A stretch of DNA of 64,000 nt, from sequence record SRR31156797_6890. The stretch is one strand, 5' to 3'. The notes beneath the pieces were generated by a model. It was not told the DNA's origin. It saw nothing but the letters and a program-made list of their open reading frames with translations, and ran no database searches. Positions 19,195 through 27,726 of the stretch are shown here, one piece after another. Each line of letters starts with the position of its first letter. The stretch's first letter is position 1. The translations under genes were made by a program, and so were the position numbers.

Positions 19195-20649
19195 TTACTG
19201 GGCTTTGTTGTTTTTACGCATAGCGAGCGATGTCAGACGAAGTAGTGTCACGAACACAATAATGATTGCCGGATAACGTGAAGTCTCGACAATTAAAGAC
19301 CACGCCCCACTCGATGAAACAAGAGATGCGACTTGAGACATCCCTACATACGTCGCAATGAGTATAAAGATAAACACAAGGCTTTGCCCAAGTGTTATAT
19401 ATTCGCGCTGCCGGCTTAATGTGGTGGTCACCACTGCCATTACGATAAGAACCACTAACCATGCCGCAAAGACCGGAATCTGCCAAAAATAAGTAAACAA
19501 CGCAGCAATGATTGTAAGCCCCCACCATACCCAGCCAGAGCCCATCACCGTTCTTGCTCGTTCAGTTCGCCGGATATCAAAGCGAATGATGTTCCACGTA
19601 ACCAGCAGACCAACGAAGCCACCCACTAACATATCAATAATAAATGCTGTACCGAGGTAAAACTTAGATAACGTTAACCAAATAGCCGATAAGAAATATA
19701 GAACAACGAAAGTAAGGTTTCCAAGGCGTTCCTTCTCGGTAATCAATAAAATACCAATACCGCTCCACACAGCGATCGGTAAGCTTGGAAAGCCATTTCC
19801 ATAACTGGAAATCAGTTGAATTGAAGGAAGATAGACATGGGGCCTTGGCAACGAAAAACTCTGTTGGGCAAACAAACAGACTAAAGAGGTTACACTAATC
19901 GCAAAGCTCACTTTATAACAGACAGACTTTCCACAACGCCAATAAAGCAAGGGAAACAAAAAGATACCAAACATGGGTGATGCCAACATATTACCTGTGG
20001 TTAACACATTATGGACCCATGAATGCCAAGGTGGTGGCAAGCCACTTACCCACTTTTGAAAAAATTGAATCCAACTTAACTCAGGTTGATGGAACGTCGG
20101 GGCTTTAGGAATAAAATCAGCAACCAGTTTGACTTGTTGCTCGGTCGCCTTTTCATACATTGCGATAATGTTAGGCCAATCGCTTGAGTAACGGTAGCGC
20201 TGAGCTTCAACGTCATAGGGGCGTGCTAAGGTGGCACTGGCGATCTCAATACCATAATCAGGAGCAAACCATACTGGAAGCTCGTATCCACCTAACGCAT
20301 TTTGATGTTGGTAAGCCAGTAGTTCCGAGGGACTAATACAATCAAAAATTACGGCCTTATCAGTACGGCCCAATTCTTGACCCACGGTAACCACAATACC
20401 CGTTTCTTCCCACGTTTCCCGTTGTGCCGCTATACGTGGGTCTTCACCCAGCAAAATAGTGCCGCCTGGCAGCGAAAGTTGCTTAGTGATCACTTCGTGA
20501 ACCAAGACTAACTTATCATTTGCGCGGATGAGGCAAAGCGCGCCTTGAAATTCGACAGACGCGTCTACCTGTTCTTCGGCGTAGACCGGAAACAAGTTAA
20601 AACAGGCCCACAGGACCGCTAATCCATTCACTAACCAACGTTGTAACAC
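19195..20649 (-). CDS. NUDIX hydrolase fused to a PAP2-like multi-pass membrane domain
   Basis: Intact NUDIX box G-x5-E-x7-RETWEETG; PAP2-like remnants (RP, PS, D) within TM region. Confidence 0.82.
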   Translation of the reverse strand: MLQRWLVNGLAVLWACFNLFPVYAEEQVDASVEFQGALCLIRANDKLVLVHEVITKQLSLPGGTILLGEDPRIAAQRETWEETGIVVTVGQELGRTDKAVIFDCISPSELLAYQHQNALGGYELPVWFAPDYGIEIASATLARPYDVEAQRYRYSSDWPNIIAMYEKATEQQVKLVADFIPKAPTFHQPELSWIQFFQKWVSGLPPPWHSWVHNVLTTGNMLASPMFGIFLFPLLYWRCGKSVCYKVSFAISVTSLVCLFAQQSFSLPRPHVYLPSIQLISSYGNGFPSLPIAVWSGIGILLITEKERLGNLTFVVLYFLSAIWLTLSKFYLGTAFIIDMLVGGFVGLLVTWNIIRFDIRRTERARTVMGSGWVWWGLTIIAALFTYFWQIPVFAAWLVVLIVMAVVTTTLSRQREYITLGQSLVFIFILIATYVGMSQVASLVSSSGAWSLIVETSRYPAIIIVFVTLLRLTSLAMRKNNKAQ

Positions 20650-20674
20650 GAGACCTTTCCTTAGGCCTAAGACC

Positions 20675-21166
20675 CTAATGATCTTTATCGGACTTAACCG
20701 ATTTTCTTAACCAAGATATGTGTGCTTCAAAGCCGATATCTTCATAAAAACGATGAGCTACGTTATTAAACGCCCATACTTCTACGAACACTTGTTGCAC
20801 ACCATAATCGATAAAAGTGGACTCTAACTTACGATAAAGCTGACGCGCCGCGCCTTGTTTTCGATAAGGGCCAACAACATAAAGTTCATCAATACTGCCC
20901 ATTGGCACAGGTTTACTTACTGAAGAAACCAGTTCGCAGAAATGGCCAGTGATAAAACCAATAATACTTCCATCATGTTTAGCCACATAGACTAAACACT
21001 CTGGCATCTCTAAATAACGAGCAATACTTTTTTCCTGCTCTATATCTTCAGCGGTTTTAAAATGTTCCGGGCAAGCCTGATGATGTTCATCATGCAAGTC
21101 GTACATTAACTGGTTAAGAATTTCTAAATCTTCGATTCGAGCTGGAACTATTTGTAACTGAGACAT
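20675..21166 (-). CDS. GNAT acetyltransferase
   Basis: LYV-x-x-x-YRKQGAA and N-x-x-A-x-x-FY-x-x-x-GF motifs. Confidence 0.88.
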   Translation of the reverse strand: MSQLQIVPARIEDLEILNQLMYDLHDEHHQACPEHFKTAEDIEQEKSIARYLEMPECLVYVAKHDGSIIGFITGHFCELVSSVSKPVPMGSIDELYVVGPYRKQGAARQLYRKLESTFIDYGVQQVFVEVWAFNNVAHRFYEDIGFEAHISWLRKSVKSDKDH

Positions 21167-21322
21167 CCATCTGTGCCATAAAAAAATAAGCCTATTTGAA
21201 TTTTATAAGATATTTGAAAAAAGAACACTGTGAGATAGATAAAATAGACGCGATTACAACTAGTTAGACATTACGGCAGGTATAAATATAAAAAACGCCC
21301 TTGTTAGAGCGTTTTCGAAGGA

Positions 21323-22843
21323 TTATCGGGCACCGGGTTTGCGCAGCAAAATTAATAGTGGCAGCGTAAATATACAGACATACATCATCAACCTGAAATC
21401 CTGCAAATAGCCAAATATGGCCGCCTGCTTCGTTACTACGTTGTTCAAACTCACAAGTCCTGCAGTAGTAGATATATCGTAGGCGCCTTTTTGTATGGCG
21501 TCTTGCAGTGCGGGGTTAAAGTTATTGATATGTTCAGCATAAACCGAGTGGTTAATTTGAACCCGGTGTGCCAAATACGTGGTTACTACCGAAATACCAA
21601 TACTACTACCGATGTTTCTGACCAAACTATACAAAGCCGTTGCTTCATTACGATAACGTGGCGCCAAGGTCGAAAAGCTCAACGTGGACAGAGGCACAAA
21701 GACCAATCCTAACCCTAACCCCTGAACAACACCCGTCCAGATAATTTGCCATTGAGTAATATCGACAGAGAACTTAGTCATTTCCCATAGTGAAATAATC
21801 ATAAGAACCAAGCCCGTCGCAACGAGATAGCGTAAATCCACTTTTCGCGCAACGCGGCCCACAATCATCATGCCGGTCATGGTACCAAAGCCACGAGGTG
21901 TCAGCAGTAAGCCAACATCTAACACTGGGTAACCCATATAGTTTTGCAAAAATGGCGGCAGTAACGCCATGGTAGCCAACAGAATGACACCGATCATAAA
22001 GCCAAATAGCAGCCCCACCACATAGTTACGGTCTTTAAACATCATTGGCTCAAGAAATGGCGCTTTGTGGGTAAACATGTGCACGGTAAACATATAAAAC
22101 GCCAATACCGCTAACGATGCTTCAATAATCACTTCCAAGCTAGAGAACCAGTTAAGCGACTCTCCCCGGTCTAAGAACATTTGTAAGCTACCGATGGCAA
22201 GACCCAATAACGCGAAACCAAACATATCAAACCTTCGCTCACTGTCTATTTTGGTCTCTTTGACATAGGCGGCTATCCCCATCCAGGCCATAATTCCAAA
22301 TGGAACGTTGATGTAAAAAACCCAACGCCAGTTGTAATATTCAGTTAACCAACCGCCTAATGATGGGCCCAGAATTGGACCAACCATTACACCCATGCCC
22401 CACATAGCCATTGCGCTACCGTGTTGTTCAGTTGGGTAGGTATCAAGTAACACAGACTGCGACAATGGAACCAGACTCGCCCCAAATATCCCCTGCAATA
22501 TCCTGAATAGAATGATCTGCTCTAAAGACTGCGCAGCACCACACAATACCGATGCCAGTGTAAATCCTAAGACTGAGTACAAAAACAGTCGCTTACGACC
22601 AATTCGGGCAGCAACGAAACCGGTCAAGGGCATCGCAATTGCTGAAGCAACAATGTATGAGGTCAGAACCCAGGATATTTGATCCTGAGTTGCACTCATG
22701 GTGCCCCTCATATGAGGCAATGCGACGTTGGCAATTGTTGTGTCTAATACCTGAATGATGGTCGCCAGCATAACCGACAAGGTGATAAACAGACGTTTAG
22801 TGCCTTGGTTGTCGTCTTGGTTAGATTCGACGTGACTATTCAT
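21323..22843 (-). CDS. emrB: DHA2 (EmrB/QacA) MFS efflux permease
   Basis: LDTTIANVALP, WRWVFYINVP, 14-TM-type length. Confidence 0.88.
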   Translation of the reverse strand: MNSHVESNQDDNQGTKRLFITLSVMLATIIQVLDTTIANVALPHMRGTMSATQDQISWVLTSYIVASAIAMPLTGFVAARIGRKRLFLYSVLGFTLASVLCGAAQSLEQIILFRILQGIFGASLVPLSQSVLLDTYPTEQHGSAMAMWGMGVMVGPILGPSLGGWLTEYYNWRWVFYINVPFGIMAWMGIAAYVKETKIDSERRFDMFGFALLGLAIGSLQMFLDRGESLNWFSSLEVIIEASLAVLAFYMFTVHMFTHKAPFLEPMMFKDRNYVVGLLFGFMIGVILLATMALLPPFLQNYMGYPVLDVGLLLTPRGFGTMTGMMIVGRVARKVDLRYLVATGLVLMIISLWEMTKFSVDITQWQIIWTGVVQGLGLGLVFVPLSTLSFSTLAPRYRNEATALYSLVRNIGSSIGISVVTTYLAHRVQINHSVYAEHINNFNPALQDAIQKGAYDISTTAGLVSLNNVVTKQAAIFGYLQDFRLMMYVCIFTLPLLILLRKPGAR

Positions 22844-22856
22844 CGTCTAACTCCGC

Positions 22857-23927
22857 TTACAGCGACAAATGACGTTGATGATGAGTATCAACCGTCACCA
22901 CGGCACTTAAACCTGCTCGAAGTTTCGGTGCATCTTCTTCTTGCTCTAAACGGATACGAATGGGTAAGCGCTGAGCAATTTTCACCCAGTTACCTGTGGC
23001 GTTTTGCGCAGGAATTACTGAGAACTCTGCACCCGTTGCAGGGCTTAAGCTTTCAACTTTGCCTTTCCAGGTGTAGCCCGGTGCATAATCCACTTTTACT
23101 TCCACATCCTGGCCCGTTTTTACATGGGTCAGTTCAGTTTCGGTAAAGTTTGCTTCAATCCAGATATCCGAATCAGAAATCAACATCATTGCCAGTGTCC
23201 CTGGTGCAGTGTACTGACCTTTCTCAACCACTTTCGTTACCACGCCATCCGCCGGAGCGAATAGATTTACGTGTTCTAAGTCGTTTTGCGCTTTATCTAA
23301 CGCCGCAACAGCCGCTCGATACTTAGGATGTTGTTCAATGGGTGCGTTAACATCACCGCCCAAGCTTTCTTCAACTTGCTTTAAGCCTTTTTTAAGGGCA
23401 TTAACTTCCAGCTCAACCAGTAATGTATTTTGGCGTGCAGAGTCGTATTGCGATTGAGATGTGTACTTTTTCTTCAGCAAATCAAGCTGACGTTTTTCTT
23501 CTTTCTTCAAATAATCATGCTGACTTTTGGACACTTCAATGTTCGCCAGCTTGCTTTGATACTCAGCTTTCAACGTTGTCAGTGTCGTTTTGACATCGTT
23601 TAAGTTTGCACGCGCTTGCTCAACCGCAATTTTATAAGAGGTAGGGTCGATTTGAAGGAGCAAATCACCCGCTTTAACCAATTGGTTTTCGTCGACGGGA
23701 ACATTAATAATACGACCAGACACCTCAGAAGTGATCGACGTTTTATCCGCTTTTACATAAGCATTTTCTGTTTCGACATATCGACCACTGTGCAAATAAA
23801 TAGCGACACCGCCAGCTGCTGCAAGTAGTGGCACAAGGAAAAGCATCACAGCACGTTTTGTTTTACGGCGAGATTTAGGTGCTAATGTTGAAACAGCATT
23901 TTCCTGTTCGGGTTTGGTATTAGACAT
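22857..23927 (-). CDS. emrA: EmrA/HlyD-family membrane fusion protein
   Basis: TENAYV, ANFTETEL, PAQNATGNWVKIAQR. Confidence 0.88.
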   Translation of the reverse strand: MSNTKPEQENAVSTLAPKSRRKTKRAVMLFLVPLLAAAGGVAIYLHSGRYVETENAYVKADKTSITSEVSGRIINVPVDENQLVKAGDLLLQIDPTSYKIAVEQARANLNDVKTTLTTLKAEYQSKLANIEVSKSQHDYLKKEEKRQLDLLKKKYTSQSQYDSARQNTLLVELEVNALKKGLKQVEESLGGDVNAPIEQHPKYRAAVAALDKAQNDLEHVNLFAPADGVVTKVVEKGQYTAPGTLAMMLISDSDIWIEANFTETELTHVKTGQDVEVKVDYAPGYTWKGKVESLSPATGAEFSVIPAQNATGNWVKIAQRLPIRIRLEQEEDAPKLRAGLSAVVTVDTHHQRHLSL

Positions 23928-23945
23928 ACGACATGTTCCTGAAAA

Positions 23946-24368
23946 TTATGACTTAGTTAAATTGGTATGTATATGTTGAAGCATCTGAATAAACAGCTCT
24001 TTTTCTTGTTCCGATATGCCTTCCAAAGCTTCTGACCAGATACCATTTGCCACACTCTTAACTTTTTTGAGTTGTTCATCTGCAGCAGGCAGCAGGTAGA
24101 TCAAATGTGCTCTTCTGTCTGTCGGATCAGGGCGCCTTTCAACAAACCCCTCTTCAACTAACGAATCGATCACCCTAACTAATGTCATTGGCTTAATATC
24201 AAGTAACTCTGCGAGTTCTACCTGTTTGACTCCCTGTCGACAGGCAATGTGTGACAACGCTTTTGCCTCGGCGAGAGTAAGGCATGTCGAAGACGATGCA
24301 GATTCGTAACGTTTACGAACTAGCCGCGTCACGTCCCAAAGCAAATACCCTATGGATGGAGTTGTCAT
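23946..24368 (-). CDS. MarR-family transcriptional regulator
   Basis: ELAELL-x-IKPMTLVR, DPTDRRA. Confidence 0.9.
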   Translation of the reverse strand: MTTPSIGYLLWDVTRLVRKRYESASSSTCLTLAEAKALSHIACRQGVKQVELAELLDIKPMTLVRVIDSLVEEGFVERRPDPTDRRAHLIYLLPAADEQLKKVKSVANGIWSEALEGISEQEKELFIQMLQHIHTNLTKS

Positions 24369-24399
24369 AGCATTACCTTAATTGGTTATGTTTCGGTAA

Positions 24400-24440
24400 A
24401 TGTAACAAGATGCTACATATAGTAAGCGTTACTTATTATA
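24400..24440. promoter_or_regulatory. Candidate MarR operators (two adjacent imperfect palindromes)
   Basis: ATGTAAC-N5-GCTACAT and TATAGTAAG-N5-CTTATTATA immediately upstream of the MarR gene. Confidence 0.5.
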
Positions 24441-24531
24441 TGTAAAGCCTATAAATTCAACACATCTATACATTGAGATTAACTGTCTGTTTTACCAAGT
24501 GTTTCAGAATGTGAATTTTTCTAAGACAAAT

Positions 24532-24561
24532 AAAAAAAGTGCCCCGCAAGCGGAGCACAAA
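24532..24561 (-). terminator. Intrinsic terminator after prpE
   Basis: Minus strand GTGCTCCGC-TT-GCGGGGCAC followed by T7. Confidence 0.75.
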
Positions 24562-24613
24562 AGTTCGCCATGAACTTAGAAGTGGAAATCTATAAACAGA
24601 AGTGGTTCGGTTT

Positions 24614-26491
24614 TTACACGTGTAGTACCTTCTCCAATTCGTTCAAACTGGTTGGGTCATCAATAGTAGAAGGGACAGTGTAACTTTCCCCATCCGCTAT
24701 CTGACGGATGATACGGCGTAGGATCTTACCTGAACGGGTTTTCGGTAAGCGTTCTACAATCAGCGCATGTTTGAAACACGCCACCGCGCCGATATGGCTG
24801 CGTACACTACTAACCAGCTCGGCTTCCAACGAATCTAAATCGACTTTAACTCCGTCTTTCAGAACAACAAGCCCTAATGGCAGCTGCCCTTTCAGTTCAT
24901 CATGAACCCCAACAACGGCGCATTCCGCCACTGCTGGGTGAGCGCCAACAATCTCTTCCATTTCTCCGGTCGATAGTCGGTGCCCTGCCACGTTAATCAC
25001 ATCATCAATACGTCCCATGATGAACAGGTACCCGTCTTCATCCAGATATCCGCCATCACCTGAGACATAATAATCCGGGAACTGTGAAAGGTAGCCAGTT
25101 TCGAAGCGGTCATGATTACGCCACACCGTCGGCAAACAGCTTGGTGGTAACGGGCGTTTTAGCGCAACGAAACCTTGCTGATTTGGCGGCAGCACTTCAC
25201 CAACCTCATTGAGGATTTCTACCTGATAACCCGGTATCGGTTTCGTCGACGAGCCCGCTTTAATCGGCATCAATTCAATGCCTGTCGGGTTACCCGCGAT
25301 TGCCCAACCGGTTTCCGTTTGCCACCAGTGGTCGATAACCGGTTTGTTAGTCTGCTCCTGTACCCATTCCAGCGTTGGTGGATCTAATCGTTCGCCAGCC
25401 ATAAAGATGGTTTTAAGATTACTCAGGTTGTAATCGTTTAAGCAATCGCCATTAGGGTCTTCTTTCTTAATTGCGCGGAAAGCGGTCGGTGCTGAGAAAA
25501 GCGCCGTGACTTTGTACTCCTGACACACGCGCCAGAATGCGCCCGGATCCGGAGTTCTTACTGGCTTGCCTTCATACAGAATCGTCGTACAGCCGTGAAT
25601 TAACGGCGCATAAACAATGTATGAGTGCCCGACTACCCAACCCACATCAGACGCTGCCCAAAACACACCGTCTTGCGGCATATCGTAGATACAGCTCATC
25701 GAATACTTCATGGCAACTGCGTGTCCGCCATTGTCACGTACCACACCTTTCGGTTTGCCGGTCGTACCCGAGGTATAGAGAATATAAAGCGGATCAGTGG
25801 CGAGTACAGGAACACAAGCATGTGGCAAGGCTTTTTCGTACTGAGCACTCCAATCTAAATCACGTTCATTATCAAGATCGGCTAAACACTCCTGACGCTG
25901 GAAAACCAGTACTTTTTCAGGTTTCCAGCGGCTATCCATAATGGCTTTATCAACCATCGGTTTGTAAGGAATAACCTTGCTAATCTCAATGCCGCAAGAA
26001 GCAGTCATAATCACTTTTGGCTCGGCATCTTCAATACGAACCGCCAGTTCATTTGGTGCAAAACCACCAAAAACCACAGAGTGAATTGCGCCTAAACGTG
26101 CGCAAGCGAGCATAGCCATCGCCGCTTCAGGAATCATCGGCATATAAATAATGACGCGATCCCCTTTGGTCACGCCCTGATCGGCAAGCATGCCCGCAAT
26201 ACGCGCTACAGTGTCACGCAATGCATAATAACTGTAACGTTGTTTTTTGCCCGTTACTGGTGAGTCATAAATTAAAGCGGTTTGGTCGCCCCGCCCTTGT
26301 TCACAGTGGTAATCTAAAGCCAGCCACGACGTATTCAATAAACCATCTGGATACCAACGCTCTATTCCATTTTCGTCTTTCTTTAATATGGTTTGTGGAA
26401 ATTCAAACCAATCAATTTTTTGAGCCTGAGCTTGCCAGAACGCTTCCGGTTGCTCTTTTGCCCATTGATATTCCTTCAAATATGCAGACAT
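24614..26491 (-). CDS. prpE: Propionyl-CoA synthetase
   Basis: YTSGTTGKPKG, DHWWQTETG, PKTRSGK; last gene of the prp operon. Confidence 0.9.
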   Translation of the reverse strand: MSAYLKEYQWAKEQPEAFWQAQAQKIDWFEFPQTILKKDENGIERWYPDGLLNTSWLALDYHCEQGRGDQTALIYDSPVTGKKQRYSYYALRDTVARIAGMLADQGVTKGDRVIIYMPMIPEAAMAMLACARLGAIHSVVFGGFAPNELAVRIEDAEPKVIMTASCGIEISKVIPYKPMVDKAIMDSRWKPEKVLVFQRQECLADLDNERDLDWSAQYEKALPHACVPVLATDPLYILYTSGTTGKPKGVVRDNGGHAVAMKYSMSCIYDMPQDGVFWAASDVGWVVGHSYIVYAPLIHGCTTILYEGKPVRTPDPGAFWRVCQEYKVTALFSAPTAFRAIKKEDPNGDCLNDYNLSNLKTIFMAGERLDPPTLEWVQEQTNKPVIDHWWQTETGWAIAGNPTGIELMPIKAGSSTKPIPGYQVEILNEVGEVLPPNQQGFVALKRPLPPSCLPTVWRNHDRFETGYLSQFPDYYVSGDGGYLDEDGYLFIMGRIDDVINVAGHRLSTGEMEEIVGAHPAVAECAVVGVHDELKGQLPLGLVVLKDGVKVDLDSLEAELVSSVRSHIGAVACFKHALIVERLPKTRSGKILRRIIRQIADGESYTVPSTIDDPTSLNELEKVLHV

Positions 26492-26531
26492 TGTGCTTCT
26501 CCCATTATTCTAAGACTCATAGCGTTCTGGC

Positions 26532-27716
26532 TCAACGAGCATCCATGGTTTGTGACGGGACTCTGACCCAACCTTCCATCAACACTCGTGCACTGCGACT
26601 CATTACCGCTTTTTCTACTTTCCAGCTGTTTTGCTCAGTCACATTCGCTTTTGCCCCCACTTTTAATGTTCCGGATGGGTGACCAAAAGTTACAGATTCT
26701 TTTTCTCCACCACCTGCGGCCAAGTTAACCAAGGTGCCAGGAACACATGCCGCAGCGGCGATAGAAACAGCAGCGGTTCCCATCATTGCGTGATGCAGTT
26801 TCCCCATAGAGAGCGCTCTAACCAGTACATCAATATCTGACTCTAGAACGGATTTACCACTTGATGATTGATATGTTTTAGGCTTAGCGACAAACGCAAC
26901 TTTTGGGGTGTGTTGACGCTGTTTCGCTTCTTCTAAATCTTGGATTAATCCCATTTTTAACGCACCATGAGCACGAATTTTTTCAAACATCGCTAGCGCG
27001 TTTTCATCGTTGTTGATGTCTTCTTGCAACTCTGTACCTTGATAGCCAATTGCTGCTGCATCAACAAAGATGGTCGGGATACCAGCGTTGATCATAGTAA
27101 CGTTTAACGTGCCTACCTCAGGTACTTCTAAATCATCGACTAAGTTTCCGGTTGGGAACATCGAACCTTCACCGTCCGCAGGGTCCATGAAATCAACCTG
27201 AATTTCTGCCGCGGGGAAAGTGACGCCATCCAGTTCAAAATCACCGGTTTCCTGAACGAGTCCGTTAACGATAGGTACGTGGACAACAATAGTTTTGCTA
27301 ATATTGACCTGCCAAACGCGAACTTCAACAATCCCATTTTCAGGGATACGTGATTCGGGTATTAAACCTGCGTGTATCGCAAATGGCCCAATAGCTGCGG
27401 ACAAGTTTCCACAATTACCGCTCCAGTCAACAAACGGACTATCAATCGACACCTGACCAAACAGATAATCAACGTCGTGATCAGGCTTACTGCTTGTTGA
27501 CACAATGACCGTTTTACTGGTGCTCGACGTTGCTCCGCCCATGCCATCAATCTGTTTAGCGTAAGGATCCGGGCTACCAATCACGCGCATTAACAACTTA
27601 TCGCGAGCTTCTCCGGCAACTTGAGCAGCTTCAGGTAAATCATCCAGTTTAAAAAACACGCCCTTACTCGTTCCGCCTCGCATATAGGTAGCTGGCACTT
27701 TTATTTGAGAAGCCAT
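26532..27716 (-). CDS. prpF: 2-methylaconitate cis-trans isomerase
   Basis: YMRGGTSKGVFF, GGATSSTSK, GNCGN, GHPSG. Confidence 0.95.
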   Translation of the reverse strand: MASQIKVPATYMRGGTSKGVFFKLDDLPEAAQVAGEARDKLLMRVIGSPDPYAKQIDGMGGATSSTSKTVIVSTSSKPDHDVDYLFGQVSIDSPFVDWSGNCGNLSAAIGPFAIHAGLIPESRIPENGIVEVRVWQVNISKTIVVHVPIVNGLVQETGDFELDGVTFPAAEIQVDFMDPADGEGSMFPTGNLVDDLEVPEVGTLNVTMINAGIPTIFVDAAAIGYQGTELQEDINNDENALAMFEKIRAHGALKMGLIQDLEEAKQRQHTPKVAFVAKPKTYQSSSGKSVLESDIDVLVRALSMGKLHHAMMGTAAVSIAAAACVPGTLVNLAAGGGEKESVTFGHPSGTLKVGAKANVTEQNSWKVEKAVMSRSARVLMEGWVRVPSQTMDAR

Positions 27717-27726
27717 TATCTACCCC

